Shown: positions 63,829-64,000 of the stretch, piece after piece
Position numbering within the stretch: the first letter of the stretch is position 1
Layout of the letters: every line of letters starts with the position of its first letter
Source of the DNA: Moniliella sp. 'wahieum'
Lineage: Eukaryota
Assembly (NCBI GenBank): GCA_003971905.1
Contig: RSEE01000102.1
Coordinates: 62,001-126,000, forward strand
Direction of reading: 5' to 3'
DNA: 64,000 nucleotides
Made by a program: the position numbers and the translations under genes
The notes under the pieces: generated by a model
Databases searched by the model: none
The model's input: only the letters and a program-made list of their open reading frames with translations
What the model was told of the DNA's origin: nothing

Positions 63829-64000
63829 GTCATCGTCGACCAACCGGATCCCCAGGCGACGTACGTTGCCCCCCCTAACCCCCCCCATTGGATCTGATCC
63901 ACGTTGGTCTCCAAACATAATTTGGCGTTGCTGCAGTGGGGGCTGCCTTCGACGTTGAGCCCGTTGTCCGGCCTTGGGCGACGGGACAAATGGTATCGTA

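Overview
Eukaryotic genomic DNA from a fungus, most likely a basidiomycete with few, short introns (GT..CTRAC..YAG); Ustilaginomycotina-like by gene content, though that is inference. GC-rich, gene-dense blocks alternate with visibly lower-GC, gene-poor stretches (about 1-5.6, 18.1-24.4, 26.9-27.8 and 32.5-34.4 kb). Almost every gene carries 1-2 nt indels, including histone H4, eIF5A, TIM50 and CSN5. I read these as uncorrected long-read errors, stitched the genes by hand across frames, and many gene ends are approximate. Recognisable genes in order: UBL-BAG co-chaperone with 5 x 57-aa repeats, LigB/DODA dioxygenase, RBBP4/Hat2-type WD40, TIM50, tRNA-Gly(CCC), MDJ1, orphan coiled-coil protein, SPP2, tRNA-Asp(GTC), sedolisin, YtcJ-like amidohydrolase, eIF5A, otubain, ATR1-like MFS transporter, class V myosin-motor chitin synthase, 2OG-Fe(II) oxygenase, Mpv17/SYM1, RNF126-like RING E3, CSN5, B-type cyclin, a divergent eEF1A paralogue, an orphan ORF, loosenin/DPBB, histone H4 and Yra1/ALY. 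Three things stand out. (1) The eEF1A-derived protein has lost G2, G3 with its catalytic His, and the aminoacyl-tRNA pocket, but keeps G1 and G4, so it is a candidate pseudo-GTPase. (2) The repeat-expanded UBL-BAG gene does not appear as one ORF in the track and is bracketed by copies of a degenerate ~80-bp repeat. (3) Intergenic DNA across the window carries period-7 micro-repeats built from many different ANNNNT palindromes.
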